Positions 23,131-35,562 of a DNA stretch of 35,562 nucleotides are shown piece after piece. Below the pieces are notes generated by a model that searched no databases, was not told the origin of the DNA, and worked only from the letters and a program-made list of their open reading frames with translations. The translations under genes were made by a program, and so were the position numbers. Position 1 is the first letter of the stretch; the number at the start of each line of letters is the position of its first letter. The stretch is from Chiloscyllium plagiosum (taxonomy: Eukaryota): contig NC_057718.1 in NCBI RefSeq assembly GCF_004010195.1, positions 88,763,728 to 88,799,289 on the forward strand. Direction: 5' to 3'.

Positions 23131-23944
23131 CTCTATCATGTAAATGAATAAAAAGTCGCAAAGGAAGAAAAGGGTGTTACGGGCAGAGGGATAGTCTAGG
23201 AAGGGATTTCAGTAGTCCCTGTCCACAAGGTTTGCTGAAATGATACTTTTGATCAGAATGCTGCTCCTTCTCTTGGTATTCTCACATTTGCAGGAGGCAC
23301 AGGGTGACTGGTTTGCACTTACAAAGATCTCTGACTTCTTGATTACAAGTGACCTCTTATAGCAACTGATGAGGGGGAGCAAACTGGCTGCCTTCAGGCG
23401 TGAGATACATTTATACTCTGCAGTATAAAGCCTCCTTCCCTCCTAGAGATCCAATGGCTTCTGACTGAACGTTCACGCCCCCAAGCTGTGCAGCAACCTG
23501 GGAGCCAATCGCATAGCTGTTGGCAGGCAGGAGGCCTTTGAAAATGGCAACTAGGTATCAATTTTAAAGACCAATCTGCAACTTGTTGCTGGCCAAATTT
23601 CCATTTGTACCCAGCTCATAAGCTCCAGCTCATCTGTAACGAAGCTCCTCCCACCGCTCGAACTAAGAGCTGTATGAACCGTTCTTACAACAACTGTCAA
23701 ATAACTTGCTTTTAAAAAGTGCAGCAACCCTTCAACCGTCCTTGGTTTTTAAAACAGTCTCTTCCTCACCCACCCTCCCCATTTTAATCCACAATCAAAA
23801 ATGCAGAAAAAGAAGATGATACGGTCTTTATAAGTTTCTTGCTGATTTGTACAACCACTCAACATCACAGACAGTGCTAATTACTTATTGCAATCATTGT
23901 ATCAGGTAAGCAGCGCAAGGTTGGCATGCTATCTACATATTGTA

Positions 23945-24168
23945 CATGTACAGAGTAGGACAGCAGATTTCCTTCCTTATAGGACATTAGTGAATTGGAT
24001 GGGTTTTTATGACAATGGTTATGACGATCACAATTAGACTAGTATTTAATTCCCAATTTTATTGAATGATTATTCATCTGCCATGATGAGATTTGAACCG
24101 ATGTCCCCAGAATATTTACCTGGGGGCTCTGAGATTTCTAGTCCAATGTCCTTACTGCGATGCCACCA
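23945..24168 (-). mobile_element. Old tRNA-derived SINE
   Basis: Minus-strand head ggtggcatc...ggactag...ggttcaaatctc (B box) and body cactaatgtcct..a.ggaaggaaatctgc. Confidence 0.6.
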
Positions 24169-24297
24169 TTTTATCATGTTCAGTCCAGTTATCAGTTGAC
24201 ATGATAGATTTTGTCATGATATTTAAATTACCAAAGACTTGATTGCAAAACAGTAACACATTTAACATTCTGTCATTTGTTAATATTTATCCATCAG

Positions 24298-24442
24298 GAA
24301 ACATTTAATGGAGTGGGATGTGGCCAAGCAGGAAGACACAAGAAGAATTAAAGAGCACGATGAATTCTTGGAGAAGCTCAGCCGTGCCATCAGTGTTGAT
24401 TCTAGAGCAGGAGAGCATCATCTGGATTTGCTGTTGTCACAG
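24298..24442 (+). CDS. CCDC170: CCDC170-like coding exon (145 nt, phase 2 to phase 0)
   Basis: Acceptor atccatcag|, donor CAG|gtatgt. The phase matches the previous exon (AG+G = Arg). Encodes KHLMEWDVAKQEDTRRIKEHDEFLEKLSRAISVDSRAGEHHLDLLLSQ, similar to CCDC170 ..KHEEFLTQL... Confidence 0.85.
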
Positions 24443-24547
24443 GTATGTATGGTCGTGCTTAATCGAGGGACCCGTCTTCCAGGCAATAGTTAACTAGACC
24501 GCTTCATGAGTCAACATCTACAGCCTCTCCAGGAAACTAGCTAAAGA

Positions 24548-26725
24548 AATAAAGACTTGTGTTATTTTAGTGCTTTTCAAATCTACTGAATGTTTCAAAG
24601 AACAGTGCAGCTAATGAATTGTCTTTGAAATGTAGTCATGATTATAATGCAGGAACCACAACCAGCAACATAGTCAGTGGAATCTAATTAGGGGCCTGAG
24701 CATCATGGGCTCTGGTGAGATTTGTGGCAGAATTCGACAAGAAGTGCAGTGAGGCCCATCCTGATGTCAGGAACATCTCACTCTACCTTTTGTTTTTCCA
24801 CAGGCAGTAGGGTACTACTGTCACTAGGGTAATGGTGAGTTATTGATTGACAGTGATTAAAGATTGCTAACTGCCTTGTTGGCATCCCAGCTTGACCCAT
24901 TAATATTCAGCTTTTTATCAAACTCCCCAAAAAACGTAAATGTCAAGAAAACGTGGAAAAGCAGAGCAGGTATCTGGTGAATTCCGCATGCCACTTGCTC
25001 TGAACAGCCTCTATGTTGGACACCAGTATCTCAGGGCATGGTCCATGGGCAGTGGCCGTGCACTCCCTACCTTCATGGACATTGACATCTGACGTGAGCT
25101 AGCTTCCACAAATCCTCATGGGAGATATTCAAACCACTTTTACAATGCTTTTGCACTTCAATGCTGCACCCAAGTGCACAACAGCAACTGTTATTATAGT
25201 GCTGCAGCAAGGACACTTGGTGCTCAGGGACATGCACCTAGCTCATAGAGTGAACTAGGCTACATCTCCCAGCTCTTCACTTGCTGTTATAGCACTCACT
25301 CACTCTAATCCTACCAGGATGCATTCTTGTCATGCCTTGCCTTTTTGCACTTTGTTCCCTCAGCCAGCAATACCAAGTTCATTTTACTGCTGCATTGTCT
25401 TGCAATTTAGCCCAGACACATTGAAGGGAGCTTGTCATGGATGTCAGCAGGCCTCTGCCAAGTCAAGGATAACATCTTTCACTGAAGCAGTGTCAGGCAC
25501 ACACTATCAAGGGCAGCCTCCGATTCCAGGTTGGGGCTTGAACATGGTCCGTTGGATGCTTAGAGAGGTCAGAGATGGGATGCTGCCTACGTAAAGGGTG
25601 AGGAGCTGAATGTTGAGTTGTCCACCGCCTATCATGACCTGTTGGGGGCTGATTTCCTACTGGAATGAGAGAGGGGCAGCGATAGGAGTGTCACACTGCT
25701 GTTACTATTGGTGCAGGTAGGGAGGTGTCCCGAGCGAGTGAGTAGGCAGCTCAGAGGACATGTCGGTTTCATGGTGTTGGGGATTTGAATAGGTAACAGC
25801 GAGTGACAAGGGGAAATATTGACACAATCGAGTATGAGCCTTGTTGAGAGGTGAGTGTGGTAGGAGAGGGAGTGTGAGTATGAGATATAGGACAGACATT
25901 GGTGGCCTGGTGAAGAACATTCCTCCAGTCAGCTGAGGATGAACTGTCCCAAGTAATAAACCTGGGACCAGGTGGCATAGTCTGATGTGGCACCTTCCAT
26001 TGCTGGGCCTGGGAGAAGAGGAAATCTGAGCTGTGTACCACCACGTTCTAGAGGATACCAACTCCCCCACCCCAACTTCCTTCCCAGAATGACGCCCGCA
26101 AAGCAGGGCATTAATTTGCCCTTGTTTTCCACATCTGGTGCAAATATGAGGAGCTGAGCAGAGCAGCAGCTCCCAACTGGCAATGCTTGTCTGGGTGCCC
26201 AGCGGACAGGACAAGGGATGCTGGTGAATTCAGGGATATCTACTGAGTGGACAGTTCCAGGAATGATACACGCTAAGATAGGCCATAAATTGGACATTGT
26301 AAGACAGCAATGGGCTCAGTAGGTAGTTAATGCGGAGAGTTTAGTGTGATACAGTGAGAGAACTCTTTTGGCCCCATGGTGGGAATCCCTCTGAGAAACT
26401 CTACACAACTTGGACTTATCCAAAAAGAGCATAAAATTCAGCCACAAAATGGAAATCATGACCAGCGAAATTGTCTTACTGATGTTGATTTAAGGGTTAA
26501 ATATTGGTCAAGACCTCAGGGATAACTCCTCTGCTTTCCTTCAAAATAATGGCATGGGATCGTTTCCATTCACCTGAACAGTCAGATGGGCCGTTCTTAT
26601 CTGAAAGGTAGCACCCGGAGTCCTTTCTCAATACTGGAGTATCAGCCATTATGTTCAAGTCCTTGTGTGAGACTTGAAGCCACAACCTTCTGAATCAGAA
26701 TGTGCTGCCAAACATAGCTAACACT
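24548..26725 (-). mobile_element. Deu-domain SINE split in two (tail about 24548-24672, head/core about 26445-26725)
   Basis: Both halves are reverse complements of the corresponding parts of the 8860-9490 element. Confidence 0.55.
24675..26445 (-). mobile_element. Possible highly decayed PIF/Harbinger DNA transposon
   Basis: A ~1.8-kb block that interrupts a SINE and ends ...ataaaattcagcc. Faint transposase-like remnants on the minus strand (SAPHICTR..NAL; YATW...FILS). Confidence 0.4.
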
Positions 26726-27829
26726 TGATAAATCAGGAGCTGTCTTTGAGGAGGAGGAAGCAAAAGAAATTTAGAGAGGAAATTTCAGCCGAAGTCTTGC
26801 TGGCAACAATGGATTGATTAAAACTGGAGATTTGCAAGAGGCCAGAATTGGAGAAGTTGGCAAGTGCAATAAACAGTAAAGATGCTGGGTTTGTAGTCTA
26901 CTCCCTTTTGTTCCAGCTCACTTTATTCCAATTATCTGATAGTTCACATTTTTAGCCACAAACATTTGCTTCCTGATTTCCTTTGTCCAAATTATTGGAT
27001 AACTTTTTATGCCAAAAGAGGACTGAATCATCATATCACAAGGATTGTATTCTTCACCAAAATAAAAAAGGGGCTGTACACAATGATATATTGACTTTCC
27101 GCCAAAAGTGGCTGTGATCCTGACATCACAGGGCAGCAATTTATAGATCATGTATGAAACATCAAATACATCATAATCTAGGATTAGTAATTCTGTCTTT
27201 GTTTCTAAATGATTTTGAGTATTACTGAAATGAGATAGTTTTCATCTTGCATTCATCAGGACAATTCGCAAGAATGCATATTCAAGGGGTAAATCAATGT
27301 TGTGGGAGAGGCGATTGCTGTTCAGTAAGCAAATGGACTTGAAGGGTAGGGATGTTACCATGAAGAATGCACCAGTTAATACTGATTGACAGTTACCTGC
27401 CAGACTACTTCTACATGTTAAAGCAGGCACATTGACTCAGATTAGCTGTGCCTTGCCCTGAAAAATGAATCAGCAAGTGGTTAAAATACATTTTATTATG
27501 CTTGCTGGTTTTTCTCACCTTTGCAAAGGTTGCTAATTCTTCTCTGGGTTCAGTCTTACTTTGTTATTTTAACTAACTAGCCATTAAGCATTTGCACAGA
27601 GTCTTTTGTAACCTTGGTTCAAATCACCTAACTCAACTCAGGAGTTTAAGACAGAAAAAAGATGAAAATGTGGATGCCATTACTATACAATATGATGGTG
27701 TTGACAGTCAATCTCCATCCATTAGTCAGCAACATCCCATGTGCAATGAGAACCATTCAGAGCTGTCAGGAAGAACTGCCTAAAATAAAGTGTGCTTCAT
27801 TCACATTATTCTTTCCCTTTATTGAGAGA

Positions 27830-27998
27830 TGAATAGAGGCCAGGAAACTGGTTGCATCCACCTGAACAGGGAGATAAGCCTCAGTTTAATATCTCATCTG
27901 AACAACTGCACCTCTGACAGTACAGCACCCCTCAGTAGTGTACTGGAGTGTCAGTCTTGATTTTCATGCTAAAGCCCTGGACTGGGCCTTGAACACAA
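27830..27998 (-). mobile_element. Deu-domain SINE fragment
   Basis: cacctgaacag...cctcagtttaat.tctcatctgaa...gcacctctgacagt.cagcac.cctcagta, similar to 26570-26690. Confidence 0.65.
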
Positions 27999-28056
27999 GG
28001 ATGTTTTATAAAGACATAAATTGCAATAAGATAACTAAGGAAAGAGTGGGGCTGAG

Positions 28057-28524
28057 TGTGATGAAGCAGCTCCTTTTAACAAGGTTATGCTGTCCTTGGC
28101 TTTTTTTTCCAGAGAGGTCGTAAATGTCACAGACTCAAAAAGGTCTGGGGTTGAAGGGTTTTGGGGCCAATTTGGTAATAGCTAACAGGTACTGCCTCAG
28201 GCAAAAGACTTTCAAGTTTAAAAAAAACTTGTACAATGAAAGGGGAGTGGCCAGTTCTCCCACCTCAGCTTTTCTCTGGTTTGGTTTGGTTTGGTTTTTA
28301 GCAGTAGTGTGGAAAAAGCTGCTGGACCCAAAAAACAGTTCTAGGCTAGTACTCTCTCTCTGACATCTCTCCTGTAAGACCCTGTGTTTGATTTTACCTT
28401 TTGTGCCAAGGGGTTTTTATGTGGATTGTTGCAAGTATTTGCAACAGCATCATTAAGGTGGGATGATCTGTTGGATTTTTGGATCGGTTAAGTTATTCTG
28501 TAATCTGTTCTCGTGTGTGTTTCA
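28057..28524 (+). repeat. 5' LTR (truncated by a CR1 insertion)
   Basis: Collinear with 33005-33477, starts TGTGATGAA and stops at ...gtgtttcat. Confidence 0.9.
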
Positions 28525-29930
28525 TAGAACATAGAACAGCATAGGCCCTTTGGCCCTCAATGTTGTGCTGGCCTTTATCCACTCTACGATCAGACTAACC
28601 AACTTCATTGTACTAACTTCCATGTGCCTATTCAAGAGTCGCTTAAATGCCCCTAATGTATCTGACGCTACTACCACTGCCAACAGTACATTCCACACAC
28701 CCACCACTGAACAAAGAACCTAGCTCTGACATCTCCCCTAAACCTTTCTCCAGTTACCTTAAAATTGTGTCCCCTCGTGGTAGACATTCCTGTCATGGGA
28801 AAAAGTCTCTGTCCACTCTATGTATGCCTCTCAATATCCTGTACACCTCTATCAAATCACCTCTCATCCTTCTTCACTCCAATGAGAAAGGCCCTGGCTC
28901 CCTTAGCCTTTCTCCATAAGACATGCCCTCCAGTCCAAGCAATATCCTGGTAAATCTCCTCTGCACTCTTGCTGAAGCTTCTACATCCTTCTAATAATAA
29001 GGCGACCAGAACTGAACACAATATTCCAAGTGTGGTCTAACCAGAACTCCATAGAGCTGCAGCATTACCTCACGGTTCTTAAACTCAATCCCCGGCTAAT
29101 GAAAGCCAATACACCATATGCCTTCTTAACAACCCTATCAACTTGGGTGGCAACTTCGAGGGATCTATGGACTTAGACTCCAAGATCCCTGTGTTCCTCC
29201 ATACTGTCAAGACTCCTGCCTTTAACCCTGTACTCTGCATTCAAATACAATCTTGGTTTTCCAAGTAATCATAAATCCTGTCTCTCAGAATCCTCTCTAA
29301 TGCTTTGGCCACCACTGGTGGGACAGTAAGACTGTCTGGTCTGTAATTCCCATGATTATCCCTATTCCCTTTCTTGAACAAGGGAATAACATTTGCCAAC
29401 CTCCAATCATCTGGCAGTACTCCAGTGGACAATGACGATACAAAGATCATCACCAAAGGAGCAGTAATCTCTTCCCTCACCGCCTGTAGTAACCTTTGGG
29501 TATATTCCGTCTGGCCCAGGGGATTTATCTATCCTTATATTTTTCATAATTTTCAGCACATTCTCCTTCCTAATATCAACCTGTTCAAGCATATCAGTCT
29601 GTTTCACACTGTCCTCAGAAACATCAAGGACCCTCTCACCAGTGTATACTGAAGCAAAGTATTCATTAAGGACCTCCCCTAACTTGTCTGACTCCAGGCA
29701 CAAGTTCCCTGCACTATCCTGGATCAGCCCTACCTTTATTCTGGCCATCCTTTTGTTCCTCATATAAGTTTAGAATGCCTTTGGGTTTTCCTTAATCCTA
29801 CACACGTAAGCTTTTTCATGCCCACTACCAGCTCTCCATTCTTCAGTTCCTTCCTGGCGAACTTGTAACCCTCTATAGAGCCCTGTCAGGTCCTTGCCTC
29901 CTCAACCTTAAATAAGCTTCTTTCTTCCTC
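28525..29930 (-). mobile_element. CR1 LINE, internally deleted, inserted in the Gypsy 5' LTR
   Basis: VLNEYFASV, KSPGPDGIYP and PDDWRLANVIPLFKKG.RDN.GNYRP motifs. Tail (atagaac)n at 28523-28537. Confidence 0.92.
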
Positions 29931-32900
29931 TTGATGTTCCATAGCTCACGCAAGTGGACTATTGCAGGACACATATCCTGGGATTTCTCCTGGCTGTGTG
30001 GTAACGAGGTCACAAGGTCACCAGATGAAACAAAAGAGACCAAAGAGTACAGATAAGGAAGTTGAAATGGAATAAGCAGATACCCTGTTTGATTAGATGA
30101 TTGAGACAAACCAGGTGCACATAGATAATACAGCAGACATCTTTAGCACAGATAATTTGAGTTACAGCAGAAAGATGAAAATTTAAAGTAATTGTATCAA
30201 AAGGAATACACAGAAAAAGAACCCAAATGTACCCCTGAATGTTACTATCTTTAAAACGTTGTCTGAATGAGGAAATGGAGACCATCACATATTCAGGCAG
30301 ATAAGAAATGGTCAGATGTTGTTCAAATCATATTCCTAGTTAGCTATAGAAAGGAGATGTTGTGAGGGGCGCAAAAGTTACCTCTTGGGATCATTTAGGA
30401 GTGAGAAAAGCTCAAGCTAAAATACAAAAACATTTTTACTGGCCTGGACTGCACAAGGATGGAGTTGAATTTTGCCAGATGTAATTGGAAAACCACAGGC
30501 AATAATAAAACTCGCATCTTTAATACCTATTCCTGCATTTGAGGAGCCTTTTACAAGATTCTTAGTTGATTGTGGAGGATCTATACCTCAAACAAAATGT
30601 GGGAATCAGTATTTGTTAACAATAATGGATGTGTCTAATAGATTTCCAGAGGCCGTTCCATTACGCAATATCACAGCTAAAAGGGTTGTAGAGGAATCAC
30701 TCAAATCTTTCACTAGATACAATCAGATCAAGGGTCACACTTCACATCAAAATTATTCAAGGAAGTTATGGACAGCTTAGGAATAAAATAATTCAAATCA
30801 ACTGCACACCATCCAGAACTGCAGGGAGCGCTAGAAAGGTGGCATCAAACATTGAAGACCAAGTTGAGGGTTTATAGTCAAGACTATCCAGATGATTGGG
30901 GTAAGGGAATTCCGTTTGTACTTTGTGCGATCAGAGATGCACCAAATGAATCGAGAAAATTCATTTAATTAGATTTGGGGCATGAAGTGAGAGGCCTGTT
31001 AAAATTGATTAAGGAGAAATTGCTGAGACAGAATTCAGAGATCTCATATTTGGACTGTGTCAAATTTTAGGGAGCAATTAAATAGATGAGGGAGTTAGGT
31101 AGACAGTATTTAAAAGTATCACAGCATACAATAAAATCCGAAACAGACAAGAAATCAAAACTTCGCAATTTTGCTACTGGGGATAAGGTGTTAGTGATAG
31201 GTGAACCTTTAGTGGACCTTATCAAGTCGAAAGGAAATTGAGTGAGGTGAACTACTTGTTAGGAACTCCAAACAGAAAGAAATCTCACAGAGTGTGTCAT
31301 GCTCAAAAGGTATTTTGACAGCGAAGGAAGGCAAAAGGAGACACTGTTATTGGTTACAACACAGCGGGAAGAACCAAGTTCAGAGGATTCTGAATTGGGT
31401 ATTCCTCATATTAAATTGGACAATGAGGAACTTGTCAAAAATTGGGATAAATTATTGAGTTACCTTCCAGAGAAAAATTGAAATGACCTGAAAGCATTAT
31501 TACTATCACATGGGGAGATAAGTGGAAATAAGTTGGGAAGTACTAGCCAAATTATGCATGAGGTAGATATAGGAGATGCTGTTCAGATTAAGCAACATCC
31601 ATATAGGCATACACCTCTAAAGTTGGTACAGGTTCAAAATGGCATTGAATGCATGCTCCAAGACAACATAATCAAAGTGTGTTACAGGGACTGAAGCTCA
31701 CCCATAGTAATGGTGCCAAAACCCAGGTGGTACCCAACAGTTATGTGTGAACTGTCACAAAGTCAATGCCGCTACAAAGACTGATTCAAATCTGATTCCG
31801 GGTTTGGAAGACTGTGTTGAGAAAGTGGGACAAGCAACTTATATTTCTAAGTTGGACTTGCTCAGAGGATACTGGCAAGCACCTTTATCAGAAAAAGCAA
31901 AGGCAATTTCGGCTTTTGTAATGCCGATTGACTGTATCAGTTTAAAGTCCTGCCATTTGGCATGAAAAATACACCAGCCACATTTCAAAGACTATCCAAT
32001 AAGATCACTGATGGACTACCCAGCTGTGTCGTAAATATCGATGACCTGGTGATTTTTAGTCACAGGTGGAAGGAACATTCACAACCTTTATCAGACTTGT
32101 TTGATGAACTTCGGGAGGCAGGCTTGGTGATAAACCTGGCTAAAAGTGAATTTGCCAAAGCCCAGGGTTACCTTCCTGGGCCATGTTATTGGACATGGAC
32201 AAATGACCCCACAGGATACAAAAACAAAGGTATTTGGGGATTTTCCCATCCCATCAACAAAAAAAGCAGTCCCACAGTTACTGTGAGTGGATTTTATTGA
32301 AAATTCATACCAAATTTTAGCGGTGTGGCTGCTCCACTCACTGAATTGCTAAAGACAGGCAAGAGGTTTCAGTGGACAGTGGGCTGTCAGAAGGCATTTG
32401 ACAGCCTGAGAGCTGTGTTAACCACTGTCCCAGTGTTAGCCACACCTAATTACGCAAAACCATTCAAGGTGGTTATTGATGTGAGTGATGTGGGTGTCGG
32501 TGTTGTGCTCTTACGGGGAGATAATGAAAAGATAAAAAGACCTGTCGGATATTTCTCCAGGAAATTGAACTTGCATCAGCAGAAATGGTTGAGAAGGAGA
32601 CTTTGAGCTTGGTGTTGGGATTACAACATTTCAGTGTTTACGTTACCAGTAACGTATCTAAGATAATCATATATACTTTTCATAACCCATTAAAGTTTGT
32701 GAAGAAATCTAAGGACAAAAAATGCCAGACTGTTTAGTTGGAGCTTGTTGTTACAGCCATTCAATTTGAAAGTTGTGCATGTGGCAGGACGAGACAACAT
32801 GATTGCTGACGCATTGTTCAGACTTGAATGAAAAATGGATGCATTCATTGGTGGAGTACAACGGACTGAAATGAAATGTAGTGCATATGTTTATAGTCAA

Positions 32901-33004
32901 TGTAATGTATATGTGTATTTTAGATTACTAACAATTTAGGTTTAAGGGGTTTTAAAGTGAAGCCATCTTTGGATTTGATGGTTCTTTTTTTTTAAAGGGA
33001 GTGC

Positions 33005-33643
33005 TGTGATGAAACTGCTCCTTTAACAAGGTTATGCTGTCCTTGGCTTTTTTTTCAGAGAGGTTGTAAATGACATAGACTCTGAAAAGTCTGGAGTTGA
33101 AGGGTTTTACGGCCAATTTGATAATAGCTACAGATACTGCCTCAGTCAGAAGGCTTTCAAGTTTTAAACAAACTTGTAAAATGAAAGGTGTGTGGCCAGT
33201 TCTCTCAGCTCAGTTTATCTCTCGTTTGGTTTGGTTTGGTCTTTAGCAGTAGTGGGGAAAAAGCTACTGGACCCAAAGAGGCAGGTCCAGGCTGGTACTC
33301 GCTCTCTCTGACATCTCTCCTATAAGACCCTGTGTTTGATTTTACCTTTTATACCAAGGGGTGTTTATGAGGATTGTTTTAAATATTTGGAACAGCATCA
33401 TTAAGTTGGGATGATCTGTTGGGTTTTCAGATAGGTTAAGTTATTCGGTATTATGTTCTCTTTTGTTTGTGTTTCATTCAGTAATCTTGTAAATAAATTC
33501 TGTTTTGTTTTAAGCTACTGTTTTGACCAACTGCATTCCCTCCTGGAATATCTGTGTTATACCTGCTTAAAACAACTAGCAAAGTTAGGGTTTGGGCAGA
33601 TTTCATGAATTGTTTTGAAGGAGGGCTTGCCTGGTCCATAACT
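33005..33643 (+). repeat. 3' LTR
   Basis: TGTGATGAA...ggtccataac(t). AATAAA at about 33491. Confidence 0.9.
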
Positions 33644-34520
33644 TTAGTGAAGACCAAGCAGATAATATTTCTGTGAAGGTGGGAGACATGGGGCGTGGTT
33701 CTCAATGAAAACTTAGTGTCTGTCTTCATAGAAAAGGGATAACAATGGAGACATTTCAGTTAAGGAGGAAGACTGTGAAATATTGATGGGGAAAATACAG
33801 CGAGAGAGGTTTGGTAGCAAAAATAGGAAGGCAGGTTATTTTTGGCTATGAATTGAGGAGGAGATGTTGAACAAGACCTGGTGTCCTTGTGCAACAGTTG
33901 CTGCAAGTTAGTGTGGAGGTGTGGCAAACACCTGTGTGTTAGCCTTCATAGTGAGAGGATTTGAGTATAGGAATAAGGATGTCTTCCTGCAGTTACACAG
34001 AGCATTGGTGAGGCCACACCTGGAATATTGTGCGCAGTTTTGCTGTTCTTGTTTCTGCTAAGCGACAAAGGTTTACCAAATTGATATCTGAGTTGACAGG
34101 ACTGACGTATGAGCAAAGATTGAGTCGGTTAAGATTGTACTCACTTGACTTTTGAAGAATGAGGGGAGAATCTCACAGCAACCAATAAAACTCTCACAGG
34201 ACTAGACAGGTTAGATGCAGGAAGGATTAACTAGCTGGAGGAGGGAGTCCAGAACAAGGGATCATAGTTTAAAGATAAGGCGTAAACATATTAAGACTGT
34301 GATGAGGAGACATTTCTTCACTCAGAGGGTGGTGAGCCTGTGGAGTTCACTACCACAAAACATGGTTGATGCCAAAACAATGGCTCACTTGGCTGAAGGG
34401 GATCAAGGAATATGGGGGGAGGGTGGGTATTGGTATTGACCTCGATGATCAGCCATGATCATATTGAATGGTGGAGTAGGCTTGAGGGGCTGAGTGGCCT
34501 ATTCCTGTTCCCATCTATGT
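33644..34520 (+). mobile_element. CR1 LINE, continuation of the stub at about 27998-28056 that the Gypsy element split
   Basis: MFYKDINCNKITKERVG (stub) joins ..EDQ...ISVKVGDMG. Downstream motifs [11 protein letters not shown] and ESRTRDHSLKIR...FFTQRVV. Confidence 0.8.
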
Positions 34521-35109
34521 AAACATTAAGGGCTTTACCATCTTCTAAAGAAGACAAATCACCTTGATTAGATCCACAATGAATGCAGTACTCCAGGCAG
34601 AGTCTGACCCAAGGCACAGAGACCCAGAGCATTACTCCCACTCTCTGAGATGGAAATGAACCAGCCTTTCCAGTAACTGACTCAATGAGAGCTACTCATG
34701 GGCTAGGTGAAGTAGCTCTGGTCATTAAGATGAAATGGTTTTGATTCAGTAATCTCTGCAGGGATTTAGATGAATAGATATTGAGCATCCACTCCAAGAG
34801 GGCAGCTCGTCATTGTAAGCAGTATTTCCTACTAGCAGTACATTAACCCAATCCTTGGCACTGAGAGTTGAAAGATCAAAGTGTAGCCTTATTTCTCACT
34901 CCCTCACAGTAGTAGGCAGCATGAAAATGGGGGAAAGGTCACAAAGGGCTATCTTAATCCACCCTAACAACAATTCCTCCATCCATCCAGCTTTGTGCTC
35001 AGACTCTTCCCCATGATCTCTCTCAGCATTCCCTTGAAATTATTGGCCTAGCAACCCTCCACCATGACCCAATGGCTCTAGCCACCTGCACCCACCACCT
35101 CTCAAACTC

Positions 35110-35562
35110 CCAACATTAGTGGATGTGCAGGTAAAACTTTGATGGATGTGGAAGGCTCCTTTAGGGCCTTGAATGGAGGTGAGGGAGGAGGTGTGGACGC
35201 AGGTTTTGCAATTCCTGCAGTGGCAGGGGAAGGTGCCAGAATGGGATGGTGGGTTGTAGGGGGGCATGGACCTGACCAGGTAGTCACGGAGGGAACGGTT
35301 TTTGCGGAAGGTGGAAAGGCGTGGGGAGGGAAATATATCCCTGGTGGTGGGGTCTATTTGGAGGTGGCGGCGATGTCGGCGGATGATTTGGTTTATGTAA
35401 AGGTTGGTAGGGTGGAAGGTCAGCACCTGGGGCATTCTGTCCTTGTTATGGTTGGAGGGGTGGGGTCTGAGGGCGGAGGTGCGGGATGTGGACGAGTTGC
35501 GTTGGAGGGCATCTTTAACCACGTGGGAAGGGAAATTGTGGTCTCTAAAGAAGGAGGCTATC
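35110..35562 (-). mobile_element. PLE family B fragment, continues beyond the window
   Basis: VLTFHPTN...IFPSP.LS.FR...SLRD.LVRS...GTFPCHCRNCKTC, homologous to 7560-7990. Confidence 0.9.

Larger units (their letters stand above)
28057..33643 (+). mobile_element. Gmr1-type Gypsy LTR retrotransposon, decayed, gag/protease missing
   Basis: Paired LTRs (28057-28524 partial, 33005-33643) and a purine tract before 33005. Integrase (about 30300-31330: HFYWPGL, PIPAFEEPF...VDC, YLLTIMD...RFPEAVPL) precedes RT (KLDLLRGYWQ, NTPATFQR, NIDD) and RNase H (KPFKVVIDVSDVGVG, PVGYFSRKL). Confidence 0.92.

Noticed and set aside
22435..23870. Possible antisense solo LTR around the CR1 at 22725
   Set aside because: Composition is suggestive, but I could not fix TG...CA termini or a TSD.
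30472..32606. Active or domesticated retroviral-like pol gene
   Set aside because: Multiple stops and frameshifts, YIDD changed to NIDD, and gag is deleted, so it is a dead copy.
34689..34718. Small hairpin gagctactca...tgaagtagctc
   Set aside because: A stem this short is expected by chance in 35 kb, and there is no supporting motif.

Overview
Eukaryotic, repeat-rich vertebrate DNA. The repeat families (HE1/V-SINE, CR1-type LINEs, Deu-domain SINEs) point to a cartilaginous fish, most likely a shark (inference). The window holds the 5' part of a + strand CCDC170-like coiled-coil gene: three clear in-phase coding exons (3026-3154, 10257-10513, 24298-24442) and a candidate 28-nt micro-exon (1974-2001). 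The introns are stacks of decayed transposons: at least three Penelope-like element (PLE) families, two Gmr1-type Gypsy LTR elements (integrase before RT), a solo LTR, many CR1 fragments, SINEs and a possible Harbinger relic. No transposon ORF is intact. The most striking signal is a recurrent fold-back architecture of PLE insertions whose termini carry minimal hammerhead ribozyme motifs. The best case is a young 225-bp insertion (20554-20778) with a 13-bp target-site duplication (TSD); most of it is a near-perfect 190-bp palindrome with an intact hammerhead core on each strand. PLE hammerheads and 5' inversions are known in general, so this is an unusual instance rather than a proven new system. 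Family assignments are from recalled motifs, and repeat boundaries are approximate unless junctions are quoted.
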